A DNA stretch of 62,062 bases, the filler included, from Pseudomonadota bacterium (GTDB lineage: Bacteria > Desulfobacterota > Desulfobacteria > Desulfobacterales > JBDRRP01): NCBI GenBank assembly GCA_043825735.1. It is 4 parts of 4 records of this genome, joined end to end, with 100 filler letters (N's around TTAATTAATTAA, not from the genome) between each part and the next. Parts side by side here need not be neighbours in the genome. Positions count along the whole stretch, not along the records: positions 11,146 to 42,211 come from JBDRRP010000088.1; 3 more parts are not named here. One strand, given 5' to 3'. A model generated the notes under the pieces. The model ran no database searches. It was not told the origin of the DNA and saw only the letters and a list, made by a program, of their open reading frames with translations. The position numbers were made by a program, and so were the translations under genes. The stretch's first letter is position 1; each line of letters starts with the position of its first letter. Of this stretch, positions 19,140 through 29,011 are shown one piece after another.

Positions 19140-21803
19140 ATGAAGCAGCAGCACCATCATGATATCATCGCCCGCATACTCGCCTCCCGGGCCGGTTTGG
19201 GCAGCCCGGATGCGTCCGTCAAAAAAAGCGCCGAAGAAGGCGGCTGCGGCGTCACCGGCTTTATCGCTTCCATTCCGGTGGCGGGCCGCCACATTCACGA
19301 GCCTTCGACCCAGATGCACAACCGCGGCAACGGCAAGGGCGGGGGGATCGCTGCGGTGGGTCTTTGCGCTGCGGATCTCGGCGTATCCCAGGAGGTGCTG
19401 GACAGTCATTACCTGCTTCAGGTGGCGCTGCTCGACCCCGCCGCCCGAAAAGAAGTGGCGGCGACCCACATCGCGCCGTTTCTGGATGTGGCCATGGCCG
19501 GAGAGGTGCCAACGGTGGACGACTACCGCTCGGTGGAAGGCCTCGAAGTCAGGCCTCCGGACGTGTGGCGGTATTTTGTCCGGGTGAAGCCGGCCGTGCT
19601 GGAGCGCTTTGCCGCCGACAACGGCCTTTTGAATATGGCCCCGCGCGCCGTGGAAGATGAATTCATCTACCAGAATTCCACCCGGCTCAACCAGGCATTC
19701 TACGCCTCTCAGGGGCGCCAGCGGGCGTTTGTCCTGTCCCACGGCCGCAATCTGATGATCCTCAAGATCGTCGGCTATGCTGAAAAAGTCGTGGAGTACT
19801 ACCGCCTGGAAGATTTCAAGGCCCACGGCTGGATCGCCCATCAGCGCTACCCCACCAAGGGCCGGGTCTGGCACCCGGGCGGGGCGCATCCGTTTTCAGG
19901 GCTCAACGAGGCCCTGGTGCACAACGGCGATTTCGCCAACTATTATGCCGTGTGCGAGTACCTGAAGCAGTTCAACCTCTTTCCCCAGTTTCTCACCGAC
20001 ACCGAAGTGTCGGTCATGCTCATCGATCTGCTTCACCGCACTTTCGGCTACCCGATGGAGTATGTCATCGAAGCCCTGGCGCCCACCAGTGAGTACGACT
20101 TCGACCTGCTCCCCGAGGTCAAGCAGCGCGTCTACCGCGCCATCCAGTCCAGCCACATCCACGCCTCGCCGGACGGGCCATGGTTTTTCATCATCGCACG
20201 GAACAACCCGGTGAAGGGTTTTCTCCAGCTCATCGGCATTACCGATACGGCCATGTTGCGGCCCCAGGTTTTTGCCCTGCAGGAGGGCCCGGTTCAGATC
20301 GGACTGATCTGTTCGGAAAAACAGGCCATCGACGCCACCTTGCAGAGCCTGGCCGCCGAGGACCCGCGGATCTGTCCGGTGGCCGACAAGTACTGGAACG
20401 CCCGCGGCGGCAGTGCCACGGACGGCGGCGCCTTTCTGTTCACCGTTTCGGACGCCGGAAAGGGCGACGGCAGCAAAAAGCTCGTGGTGACCAACAAGTT
20501 CGGCGAAGCGGTGAGCGTCCCTTCAGGTCAGGTTCACGAAGACCGGCCGGCGGCTGTCAGCACCGCGGGCGGGTTGCCGGCGATAGATATCCCGGATCTG
20601 GCAACAACCGGCGGCCAAGACCTTTTCCGCTGGGCTGCGGGCCGTCTGGAAACCTGGGGCTACCCGGAGCTTCGCGCCCTGACCGGCGAACTGGCATCAC
20701 GGGCCGCCGGCAGCGATTCAGACACCGCGGCGGCCATCGATCTGCTCACATGCCTCAACGACCGGGTGCTGCCCACCGGCAGCAAAAAGCGCAGCGCCGT
20801 GCTCAATATCATTCGCGACGGTCTCACGGCACTGTTCACCGCCTCGGCGCCCATCGGCAAGGACGGCGCCGGCGCCTACCGCTTCATCGACTGGGAAACG
20901 CGCGCCCGCATTCGGCCGCCGGAATCACCGGAGGCCGTACTGGTGCTCAATGCCCGGGATTTTCCACCGGAAGGCGACGATTGCGACGCCCGCCTGATCT
21001 GCAAAGCGTATAAACTGGGCTGGAAGCGCTTCATCTGCTTTGGCTACAAGGGGCAGCGGTTTACCGGCTGCGGCCTTTCAAAAGACACTGCGGGCGTGCG
21101 CATCGATGTGTACGACAGCTCGGGCGACTACCTGGCTTCCGGGATCGACGGGATGGAGATACACGTTCACGGCAATGCCCAGGACCAGATCGGCCAGATC
21201 TTCAAGCGCGGCAAACTCGTCATTCACGGCGACGTCGGCCAGACCTTCATGTACGGGGCCAAGGGCGGCGAGGTCTACGTGATGGGCAACGCGGCCGGTC
21301 GGCCCCTGATCAATGCCGTGGGCCGGCCCCGGGTGGTGATCAACGGCACCTGCCTGGATTATCTGGCCGAATCTTTCATGGCCGGAGACCCGCTGAACGG
21401 TGGCGGTTTTGTGATCCTCAACGGGATGGCCTTCGACCACAACGGCCGGCTTCATCCCCAGGCCACGCCGTATCCTGGCTCCAACTTGTTTTCCCTGGCT
21501 TCGGGCGGGGCGATCTACATCCGGGACCCCCACCGGGTTCTGTCGGAGGAGCAGCTCAACGGCGGCATGTACATCGATCTGACTCCGGCGGACTGGGATT
21601 TGATCCTGCCCTACCTCAAGGAAAACGAGCGGCTTTTCGGCATTTCCATCGAAAGCGACCTGTTGAGTGTCGACGGCCGGCGCTGGTCTCCGGCCCGGGT
21701 CTATCGCAAGGTGCAGCCCGCCGGCAACGGTTCATTGTCAACCGCGTCGGCGGCCCTTGAAGAATGGGGGGCGGACTGGGAGGCGGAAACCGTTTCAGGA
21801 TAG
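19140..21803 (+). CDS. Glutamate synthase-like class II glutamine amidotransferase fused to a GXGXG domain
   Basis: EEGG|CGV (Ntn Cys), HNRGNG, HQRYPT, HPF, HNGD, TDTE, DGPW; C-terminal GxGxG repeats. Confidence 0.9.
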   Translation: MKQQHHHDIIARILASRAGLGSPDASVKKSAEEGGCGVTGFIASIPVAGRHIHEPSTQMHNRGNGKGGGIAAVGLCAADLGVSQEVLDSHYLLQVALLDPAARKEVAATHIAPFLDVAMAGEVPTVDDYRSVEGLEVRPPDVWRYFVRVKPAVLERFAADNGLLNMAPRAVEDEFIYQNSTRLNQAFYASQGRQRAFVLSHGRNLMILKIVGYAEKVVEYYRLEDFKAHGWIAHQRYPTKGRVWHPGGAHPFSGLNEALVHNGDFANYYAVCEYLKQFNLFPQFLTDTEVSVMLIDLLHRTFGYPMEYVIEALAPTSEYDFDLLPEVKQRVYRAIQSSHIHASPDGPWFFIIARNNPVKGFLQLIGITDTAMLRPQVFALQEGPVQIGLICSEKQAIDATLQSLAAEDPRICPVADKYWNARGGSATDGGAFLFTVSDAGKGDGSKKLVVTNKFGEAVSVPSGQVHEDRPAAVSTAGGLPAIDIPDLATTGGQDLFRWAAGRLETWGYPELRALTGELASRAAGSDSDTAAAIDLLTCLNDRVLPTGSKKRSAVLNIIRDGLTALFTASAPIGKDGAGAYRFIDWETRARIRPPESPEAVLVLNARDFPPEGDDCDARLICKAYKLGWKRFICFGYKGQRFTGCGLSKDTAGVRIDVYDSSGDYLASGIDGMEIHVHGNAQDQIGQIFKRGKLVIHGDVGQTFMYGAKGGEVYVMGNAAGRPLINAVGRPRVVINGTCLDYLAESFMAGDPLNGGGFVILNGMAFDHNGRLHPQATPYPGSNLFSLASGGAIYIRDPHRVLSEEQLNGGMYIDLTPADWDLILPYLKENERLFGISIESDLLSVDGRRWSPARVYRKVQPAGNGSLSTASAALEEWGADWEAETVSG

Positions 21804-21888
21804 CACCCGTCTTATCCAGCTAAAGGCGCGGAAGGTGGATTGCCGAGCTGGTGCGCTCCTGCGCCATCGCGCCCGAAAATGCCGTGTA

Positions 21889-22497
21889 TCAGTCGGGTGT
21901 TGTCGCAAATTGGATGTATGCCCGGTAAACCGCCACCATTTTACGTTGAATATCCACCAAGACGTTTACCGGGTCCGTCTTCGGAATGTAAAAGTTTTCC
22001 ACTTTAACGATGGCGACCTGTGTGCCTTCGGGATGCGAAAAGGTGACGTACCGGTTGGTTGTTTTTTTGCAGATCGTATCCTTGAGTGCCATCAAGGCGG
22101 TTTTAAAATCGGCTGAAACCGATTCCGGGTTTTGCCCGGGACCGGGCTTCAGGTGGGGATGACGGCCGGTCGAGAAGACCGCATCGAAATCGGCGTCTCC
22201 GGTTGCCGATTTTCCCAGTGTCATGATCCGGGTGTCGCTGACGTAGATGTCTTTCGCGCCTTTCATTGCGGCCGCCTCCACCCACAAGCAGCATTCCCGA
22301 TTGGCCGTGATATAGAAAAACGCGGTATCCGGGCCGATAACCTGCTTCAGCGCGGGGTGAAACCCCCATTTCCACGATCGTACGATCGTGCCCCCGGTAA
22401 TGTGGCCGATCTGTTCAAGAGCCGGTTCGATGCTCATTTTCCTGTTGAAAAACACGGCGGCGAGGAGGATCGCTGCGGCAATGAATATCCACGGCAT
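21889..22497 (-). CDS. Hypothetical protein with N-terminal membrane anchor
   Basis: 202-aa ORF, hydrophobic N-terminus, GGAG RBS, follows nagZ. Confidence 0.65.
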   Translation of the reverse strand: MPWIFIAAAILLAAVFFNRKMSIEPALEQIGHITGGTIVRSWKWGFHPALKQVIGPDTAFFYITANRECCLWVEAAAMKGAKDIYVSDTRIMTLGKSATGDADFDAVFSTGRHPHLKPGPGQNPESVSADFKTALMALKDTICKKTTNRYVTFSHPEGTQVAIVKVENFYIPKTDPVNVLVDIQRKMVAVYRAYIQFATTPD

Positions 22498-22544
22498 CGA
22501 AATGACTCCGTTTCATTTTTCGGCCGCGGGCGGCCGGCGGCTTT

Positions 22545-23567
22545 TTATGCCAGATAGTGGCGTTTGAGCGCCAGAATCCTCTCCACCGACGCGGCGGCCG
22601 CGCGTCGGACTTTTTCGTCTGCTTCCATGCAGCGGCGCATGATGTCCCGGGCCCGTTCCATGTCGGGGCTGCGGTGGCAAATCAAGGTCACATCCACGTC
22701 GGCGGCCATGATCTGACACACTGCCGTGTCGATGCCGTCGTGGTTGCGGATGGCGCCCATGTCCATATCGTCGGTGAAGATGACGCCGTTAAATCCCAGA
22801 TCGGTGCGCAGCAGCGCGACGATGGCCGGCGACAAGCTGGCAGGCCACTGAGGATCGAGGCCGGCGTACAGGATGTGCGAGAGCATGATGCCGGCCACGC
22901 CGGTCTCGACCGCCATGCGAAATGGGAGCAGATCGTCCTGGAGGGCTTCCAGGGGAAGATCGAGCGCGGGACGCACCTCGTGGGAGTCGAGCACGGTCCG
23001 GCCGATGCCGGGGAAATGCTTTCCCACTGCCATGACGCCGCCGGCCTGGAGATGACGGATCACTTCACGGCCCATGCGCCCCACCTGCGCGGGATCGGCG
23101 CCGAAGCTTCGGCGCGTCATGATGCTGGCCTGGGGGTCGAAGGCCACGTCCAGCACCGGCGCCATGTCCATGTTGATGCCCACCGAAGACAGCTCGTAGG
23201 CGATCGTTCGGCCGAACCCTGCGGCAGCACTTTCCGTGGTGATGTGATCGTTTCCGGCAAAATCCGTGAAGGGTTCTTTCAGCCGGGACACTTCTCCGCC
23301 TTCCTGATCCACGGCGATGAACAGCGGCGGCTGCCCGCAGCCCTCCGCGCACTGCTGAATCATGCCGCACAGGCGGCCGATCTGCTCCGGGTCGCGGACA
23401 TTGCGGGAAAAAAGAATGACGCCCCCCACGCCCACCGTGGCGATCAAGTGCTCCAGATCGGACGAAAAATCGGTACCGTCAAAACCAACCATCAGTTTCT
23501 GGCCGGCCATGTTCTCAGGGCTGTCGGTCATTTTCACAGAGATCTCCTTGGTGATCGCGCCGGTCAT
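22545..23567 (-). CDS. nagZ: Beta-N-acetylhexosaminidase (GH3)
   Basis: DQEGG.VSRL, APVLD, RSFG, KHFPGIG..DSH, TDDMDM; start may be 23531. Confidence 0.92.
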   Translation of the reverse strand: MTGAITKEISVKMTDSPENMAGQKLMVGFDGTDFSSDLEHLIATVGVGGVILFSRNVRDPEQIGRLCGMIQQCAEGCGQPPLFIAVDQEGGEVSRLKEPFTDFAGNDHITTESAAAGFGRTIAYELSSVGINMDMAPVLDVAFDPQASIMTRRSFGADPAQVGRMGREVIRHLQAGGVMAVGKHFPGIGRTVLDSHEVRPALDLPLEALQDDLLPFRMAVETGVAGIMLSHILYAGLDPQWPASLSPAIVALLRTDLGFNGVIFTDDMDMGAIRNHDGIDTAVCQIMAADVDVTLICHRSPDMERARDIMRRCMEADEKVRRAAAASVERILALKRHYLA

Positions 23568-24580
23568 CGCCGGTGCAGTTGGTAGCGTGCCACCGCGCGG
23601 TTGTGCTCGTCGATGGTGACGGAAAAGTGGTGTGTCCTGTCCTGCTTGCTGACGAAATATAGATAATCGGTGTCGGCCGGGTACAGGGCCGCTTCAAGGG
23701 CGGCCGCACCAGGGCAGGCGATGGGCCCCGGAGGAAGCCCCTGAATGAGATAGGTGTTGTAGGGCGTCGGGGTTTTCAGATGTTTGCGGGTGAGGTTGCC
23801 GTCAAAGTCAGTGATGCCGTAGATGACCGTCGGATCGGTCTGCAGCCGTATCCGGCGGTGGAGCCGGTTGTGGAACACCGAGCTGATCAGGGGGCGCTCA
23901 AACGGTGCGCCGGTCTCCTTTTCGATGATGGCGGCCAGGGTGACCACTTCGTGTACACTCATGCCCAGGGCCGCCGCGCGGGCGCGCCAGGCATCGGGAA
24001 AACTGTCCCAGAACCGGTGGGCCATGGCGGTGATGATCTGAAAGGTGGTGGCCGAAGCCGGAAAATAGTATGTGTCGGGAAAAAGGTAGCCTTCGCAGGA
24101 GTCTCCCGCGATGTCCAGGGATCTGAGCAGCGCGCTGTCACGGCAAGCGTCCAGAAACGCCGCCGGTGTCGAGTACCCGGCTGCCGCCACCGTGGCGGCG
24201 ATCTGCCGCATGGTGTAGCCTTCCGGGATGGTGAGCCGGTGGAGGCGAACGCGGCCGTTGACCATGTCTCGAAGGATGTCGGCCGGGGTCATGGCGGCCG
24301 ACAACCGGTATTCACCGGCCTGAATGGCGGTGGTGTGCCCTTCGAGGCGTGCCAGCAGGGCGAACTTGGCCGGATCCCGCACGATGCCGGCATCGGCCAG
24401 CCGCTGGCTGATCCGCCGGAGCCCCTGACCGCTTTTCACTTCAAAGGTCAGTGGCGCTGCCGAACCATCGGCCGGTTGGCGGGCAAATTGCCGCACATCC
24501 AGGTAGAGGGCGACCAGCGCCATTGTCGCGGCAAAGCCGATGCATGCTGCAAGGATCCCGATTTTTCGCAAAGAGGCCAT
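23564..24580 (-). CDS. mltG: Endolytic transglycosylase MltG
   Basis: TIPEG, EGYLFPDTY, IIEKET, SVFHNRL, LQTDPT, YNTY..GLPPGPI. Confidence 0.95.
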   Translation of the reverse strand: MASLRKIGILAACIGFAATMALVALYLDVRQFARQPADGSAAPLTFEVKSGQGLRRISQRLADAGIVRDPAKFALLARLEGHTTAIQAGEYRLSAAMTPADILRDMVNGRVRLHRLTIPEGYTMRQIAATVAAAGYSTPAAFLDACRDSALLRSLDIAGDSCEGYLFPDTYYFPASATTFQIITAMAHRFWDSFPDAWRARAAALGMSVHEVVTLAAIIEKETGAPFERPLISSVFHNRLHRRIRLQTDPTVIYGITDFDGNLTRKHLKTPTPYNTYLIQGLPPGPIACPGAAALEAALYPADTDYLYFVSKQDRTHHFSVTIDEHNRAVARYQLHRR

Positions 24581-24649
24581 TTCTTCCGTTCAAGTAAAAT
24601 CAATGGGCGGACACAGTCTTATAAAGGATATTGCGCCGGTCATCAAGGT

Positions 24650-24878
24650 TTGACAGTCCCGTAAAAAATCTGAAATCACCACAGAGGACGCAGGGAGCGC
24701 AGAGATAACTTACGATGATCATCTCACAAAGAGTTGGTCGATGAATAGGGTTCGAGGGTCCAAGGGGTCGAGGGAAAAGCAACCAAGAAAACAGCCAAGT
24801 ACGTCTGCGGTCCTCTGCGGTCCTCTGCGGTCCTCTGCGGTCTCTGTGGTTCAAAACCACTTTTTACGGATCCATCAA
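24650..24878. repeat. Family A element with 9-nt periodic arms and an internal 8-nt periodic tract
   Basis: TTGACAGTCCCGTAAAAAATC ... TTTTTACGGATCCATCAA. Confidence 0.75.
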
Positions 24879-25127
24879 GGGCTGAGTGGCTAAGGTCCGC
24901 CGCCGCGGCGATGCCGAGGTTGTCAATGCCAGAGGGAGAGGGTATGGTGATTTCGAGCCGCCTCCCGGAATCAACTTAAAATTGCGGTTTTCGTTCGGGA
25001 ACACGGCAAGATCGAGGCCTGGCTGTGATGGCTCAACACTGAACCATGTCCGCCGCTGAGGGATCGGGCGGATACCTTTTTCGTTTATCCCGGAGGCTCA
25101 AGCCGCAACCGGATGCCATTGCAATTG

Positions 25128-25560
25128 GAAAAATCATATCACTGCGAAGTTCGCGGAGCACACGGGTTTTTTTACCCAAAAAGATGTTCTCGCGCAGAGG
25201 CGCGGAGACGCAGAGAACTGCTGGAAAATGAATAGCGCGAGTGCTTTTCCCTGCGCCTTTGCGTCTCTGCGCGAGATATGAATAATGATGCGCCCGTAAA
25301 AAGTCCGAATCTCTCGCAAAGCCGCAGCGATCGCAAAGTTAACACATTGATATTAAAAATAAATTTCTTTGCGTGCTTGGCGTCTTTGCGAGAAAATTGC
25401 TTTTTTACGGATTCATCAATAATAAAATACGCTTATGCAGGAAGCTCCAGTTGGTCTTTTCCCGAAGTGATGTTGAACCACGAGTCACGGAGGACACGGA
25501 GATTTTATAAATAAAATCAAACGTTTTTGATTTTCTCCGTGTCCTCTGTGACTCCGAGGT
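25128..25560. repeat. Cluster of palindromic repeats including a family A copy (25285-25419)
   Basis: Three consecutive 9-nt periodic inverted-repeat modules. Confidence 0.7.
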
Positions 25561-25591
25561 GATATCCTTTTTTTGGGTCAGGAGAGATGCC

Positions 25592-26764
25592 GTGAGCAAT
25601 ACCGAAAAAGGATGGCGAACACAACCTTACCGGGGATTCGAGCAAGGGCCGATCCGGCCGCCCAGCGAGGCCGGCAGCCTGCTCATCCGGGTGACCCGCA
25701 ACTGCCCCTGGAACCATTGCACGTTTTGCCCCGTTTATAAGCGCCAGCAGTTTTCCCTGCGCCCCAGCGACCACGTGATTGAAGACATCGACCGGGCTGC
25801 CGATTACCTGGACGCCCTGAGCGCCCGTGCCGACGGGGCTCGGCGCCTGTCGCGGGAGGCGCTGGCCGATGCCTATGAGAGCGTGCCCCACAAGGACGAA
25901 ACGGCATTTTATGCGGTGCTCCACTGGTACGGCAACGGTGCGGCTGCCATTTTTTTCCAGGATGCCAACAGCCTCATCATGCCGCCGAACGAATTGGTGA
26001 CGATCCTGCGGCACATTCAAGCACGCTTTCCCGGTATCCAGCGGATCACCTCGTATGCCCGATCCCGCACCGTGGCGCGGATTTCCGCTGCGCTGCTGGC
26101 TGCTATGCGGGCCGCCGGGTTGAGCCGGATTCATGTGGGGATGGAGTCGGGCAGCGATGCCGTATTGAAGATGGTGAAAAAAGGGAGTACCCAAGCGATC
26201 CATGTGAGCGCCGGGAGAAAGATCAAGACGGCCGGGATGGAACTTTCAGAATACGTGATGCCAGGGCTCGGGGGACGCGCACTGTCCCGGGAGCACGCCA
26301 TCGAGACGGCCGAGGCCCTCAACCACATCGATCCGGATTTTATCCGTCTACGAACGCTGGCCGTTCCGGCGGGCATCCCCCTGCACGAGGACCTGTTGTC
26401 CGGGGTTTTCACCAAGTGCGGAGACCTGGAGATGGCCGAAGAGATCAGGCTGTTCATATCCCGGCTGTCCGGGATTACCAGCCGAATTCACAGTGATCAC
26501 ATTCTCAATCTTTTCGAGGAAATCGATGGCCAGTTGCCCGAAGACCAGCCGGCCATGCTCCAACTCCTGGATCATTTTCTCGAGCTGCCATCCGAGGAGC
26601 AGATGCTTTTCCAGGTGGGGCGCCGGCTCGGTATCCTGAGACGGGTCAGCGACATGGGCGACAGCAGCCGGAGGGCTCAGGTGGCCGATATCTGTCATCG
26701 AAGCGGCATTACCCCGGAAAATATGGGTGCCGTGATCGATCGCATCACGACGCAATTTATTTGA
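25592..26764 (+). CDS. Radical SAM protein
   Basis: IRPPSEA.SLLIRVT, CPWNHCTFC (CxxxCxxC), GMESGSD; GTG start after GGAG. Confidence 0.9.
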   Translation: MSNTEKGWRTQPYRGFEQGPIRPPSEAGSLLIRVTRNCPWNHCTFCPVYKRQQFSLRPSDHVIEDIDRAADYLDALSARADGARRLSREALADAYESVPHKDETAFYAVLHWYGNGAAAIFFQDANSLIMPPNELVTILRHIQARFPGIQRITSYARSRTVARISAALLAAMRAAGLSRIHVGMESGSDAVLKMVKKGSTQAIHVSAGRKIKTAGMELSEYVMPGLGGRALSREHAIETAEALNHIDPDFIRLRTLAVPAGIPLHEDLLSGVFTKCGDLEMAEEIRLFISRLSGITSRIHSDHILNLFEEIDGQLPEDQPAMLQLLDHFLELPSEEQMLFQVGRRLGILRRVSDMGDSSRRAQVADICHRSGITPENMGAVIDRITTQFI

Positions 26765-26840
26765 CATTCGAAAACAATGTCCATAAAGACGACGCGAAAA
26801 TCGAAGGACTCAGCGTTAATAATTACCAAGAGGACGTGCA

Positions 26841-27056
26841 ATGGCCAAAGCGAAGCTGAAATCGCACACCATCAACCGGGACTGGTGCAAGGGATGCGGT
26901 ATCTGCGTGCATTTCTGCCCTAAAAAGGTTCTTGAACTGGACGCCGATGACAAAGCGGTGGCGGTCCGTCTGGAAGCGTGCATCGCCTGCAAGCTCTGCG
27001 AGCTGCGGTGTCCGGATCTGGCTATCGATGTCATCACGGAGCAGGAAGAAAAATGA
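26841..27056 (+). CDS. korD: 2[4Fe-4S] ferredoxin, delta subunit of 2-oxoacid:ferredoxin oxidoreductase
   Basis: CKGCGICVHFCP and CIACKLCELRCP. Confidence 0.88.
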   Translation: MAKAKLKSHTINRDWCKGCGICVHFCPKKVLELDADDKAVAVRLEACIACKLCELRCPDLAIDVITEQEEK

Positions 27057-28201
27057 GCAGACAGGTAAAGTTCGTTCAAGGCAACGAGGCTTGCGTGGAA
27101 GGCGCGTTGTATGCCGGGCTCGATTTTTACGCCGGCTACCCCATCACCCCTTCTACAGAGATCGCCGAAGTGCTGTCCGGGAGGCTGCCGGTCGCCGGGG
27201 GCAAGTTCATCCAGATGGAAGATGAAATCTCCTCGATCTGCGCCATCGTAGGCGCTTCGCTCACGGGTAAAAAGGTGATGACCGCCACCAGCGGCCCGGG
27301 CTTTTCCCTCATGCAGGAGGGGCTGGGCTATGCCATCATGGCCGAAATTCCCTGCGTTATCGTCAATGTCATGCGCGGCGGGCCGTCAACGGGGATTCCC
27401 ACACACGGCAGCCAGGGGGATGTGATGCAGGCCCGCTGGGGCGTTCACGGAGACCACGCTATCGTGGCGCTGACCGCATCCACCCACCAGGACGTTTTCA
27501 AGATGACGGTGGAGGCGTTCAACATCGCCGAGACCTACCGCACCCCGGTGCTGCTGATGCTCGATGAAACCGTCGGCCACATGCGCGAGCGGCTGGAAAT
27601 CCCTGAGCCGGGGGAGCTGCCGCTGGTGGGGCGGCTTCGCACATCGGTCAAAGAGGGCGTGGACTACCACCCCTATTTGCCCCGGGAGGACGGCCGGCTG
27701 CCCATGAGTGATTTCGGCAGTGTGCATCGCTACAACGTCACCGGTCTCTACCACGACATGTGGGGATTTCCCTCGTCGGACCCGCGGGTGGTGCACGGTC
27801 TCATCCGCCATCTCATCGACAAGATCGAAAACCATGTCGACAGCCTGACTTTCACCAGAGAGTACCACGTGGATGACGCGGAGCGGCTGTTTATCAGCTA
27901 CGGTTCGGCGGCGCGCTCGGCCCTGCACGTGGTGAAAAACCGGCGCAGACGCGGGGAGAAACTGGGCCTGCTGGAGCTGCAGACGCTGTGGCCGTTTCCT
28001 GCCGACCTGGTCCGGCAAAAGTGTGCCGGCAAGCGCTCGGTCATCGTCGTGGAGATGAACGTGGGCCAGATTCTGCAGGAAGTCAAAAAGGCCGTGGATC
28101 GGCCCGAGGACGTTTTCCTGGCCAACCGCATCGATGGCGTCTTTATCACCCCCACGGACATCATCAGCATCCTTCGGCTCATCCAGGGCAAGGGAGTGTA
28201 A
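27053..28201 (+). CDS. korA: 2-oxoacid:ferredoxin oxidoreductase alpha subunit
   Basis: GNEA, YAGYPITPSTE, QMEDE, TATSGPGFSLMQE, RGGPSTG. Confidence 0.9.
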   Translation: MSRQVKFVQGNEACVEGALYAGLDFYAGYPITPSTEIAEVLSGRLPVAGGKFIQMEDEISSICAIVGASLTGKKVMTATSGPGFSLMQEGLGYAIMAEIPCVIVNVMRGGPSTGIPTHGSQGDVMQARWGVHGDHAIVALTASTHQDVFKMTVEAFNIAETYRTPVLLMLDETVGHMRERLEIPEPGELPLVGRLRTSVKEGVDYHPYLPREDGRLPMSDFGSVHRYNVTGLYHDMWGFPSSDPRVVHGLIRHLIDKIENHVDSLTFTREYHVDDAERLFISYGSAARSALHVVKNRRRRGEKLGLLELQTLWPFPADLVRQKCAGKRSVIVVEMNVGQILQEVKKAVDRPEDVFLANRIDGVFITPTDIISILRLIQGKGV

Positions 28202-28205
28202 AACA

Positions 28206-29009
28206 ATGGCAATCAAGGATTACATCCGGGAACGGTTTTTCCCTCATATGTGGTGCCCGGGCTGCGGACACGGCATCGTACTCAACTGCCTGCTCAGGGC
28301 CGTGGAACAGCTCGGGATGAGCAAGAACGAAATCGTCATGGTCTCGGGCATCGGATGCTCGGCCCGGATTTCCGGCTACGTCGACTTCCACAGCCTGCAC
28401 ACGCTCCATGGCCGGGCGCTGGCCTTTGCCACCGGCGTCAAGCTGGCCAAGCCGGAGCTCAATGTCATCGTGCCCATGGGTGACGGCGATGCCCTGGCCA
28501 TCGGCGGCAACCATTTCATCCATGCCGCCCGTCGGAACATCGCCATGACGGCCATCGTCATGAACAACAAGATCTACGGCATGACCGGCGGCCAGTTTTC
28601 GCCGCTGACCGGCGTTGGCGGGATGGCGTCCACCGCGCCCTTTGGCAGCATCGACCGGGAGTTCGACGTGGTAGAAATGGCCACGGCCGCCGGCGCCACG
28701 TTCGTGGCCCGCTCCACCGTCTACCACGCCAAGCAGACCACCGACTTTCTCCGGGAGGCGATTCTCCATGACGGATTCTCGGTAGTGGAAATTCTCTCCC
28801 AGTGCCCCACCCATTACGGCCGAAAGAACAAAAAAGGCAGCGCCGTGGATATGGTGGAAAACTACAAAAACATCACTACGCCCATCGGGAGCAAGGCCAA
28901 GCAGGAAAACCCGGATTTGATCGAACGCGGCATCTTTGTGCAAAAAGACCTGCCCGAGTACTGCACCGAGTACGATCGCATCATTGAACGGGCAATGGGG
29001 GGGAAATAG
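28206..29009 (+). CDS. korB: 2-oxoacid:ferredoxin oxidoreductase beta subunit
   Basis: WCPGCG, SGIGCS, HGRA, GDGD..IGGNH, NNKIYGMTGGQ. Confidence 0.92.
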   Translation: MAIKDYIRERFFPHMWCPGCGHGIVLNCLLRAVEQLGMSKNEIVMVSGIGCSARISGYVDFHSLHTLHGRALAFATGVKLAKPELNVIVPMGDGDALAIGGNHFIHAARRNIAMTAIVMNNKIYGMTGGQFSPLTGVGGMASTAPFGSIDREFDVVEMATAAGATFVARSTVYHAKQTTDFLREAILHDGFSVVEILSQCPTHYGRKNKKGSAVDMVENYKNITTPIGSKAKQENPDLIERGIFVQKDLPEYCTEYDRIIERAMGGK

Positions 29010-29011
29010 CC

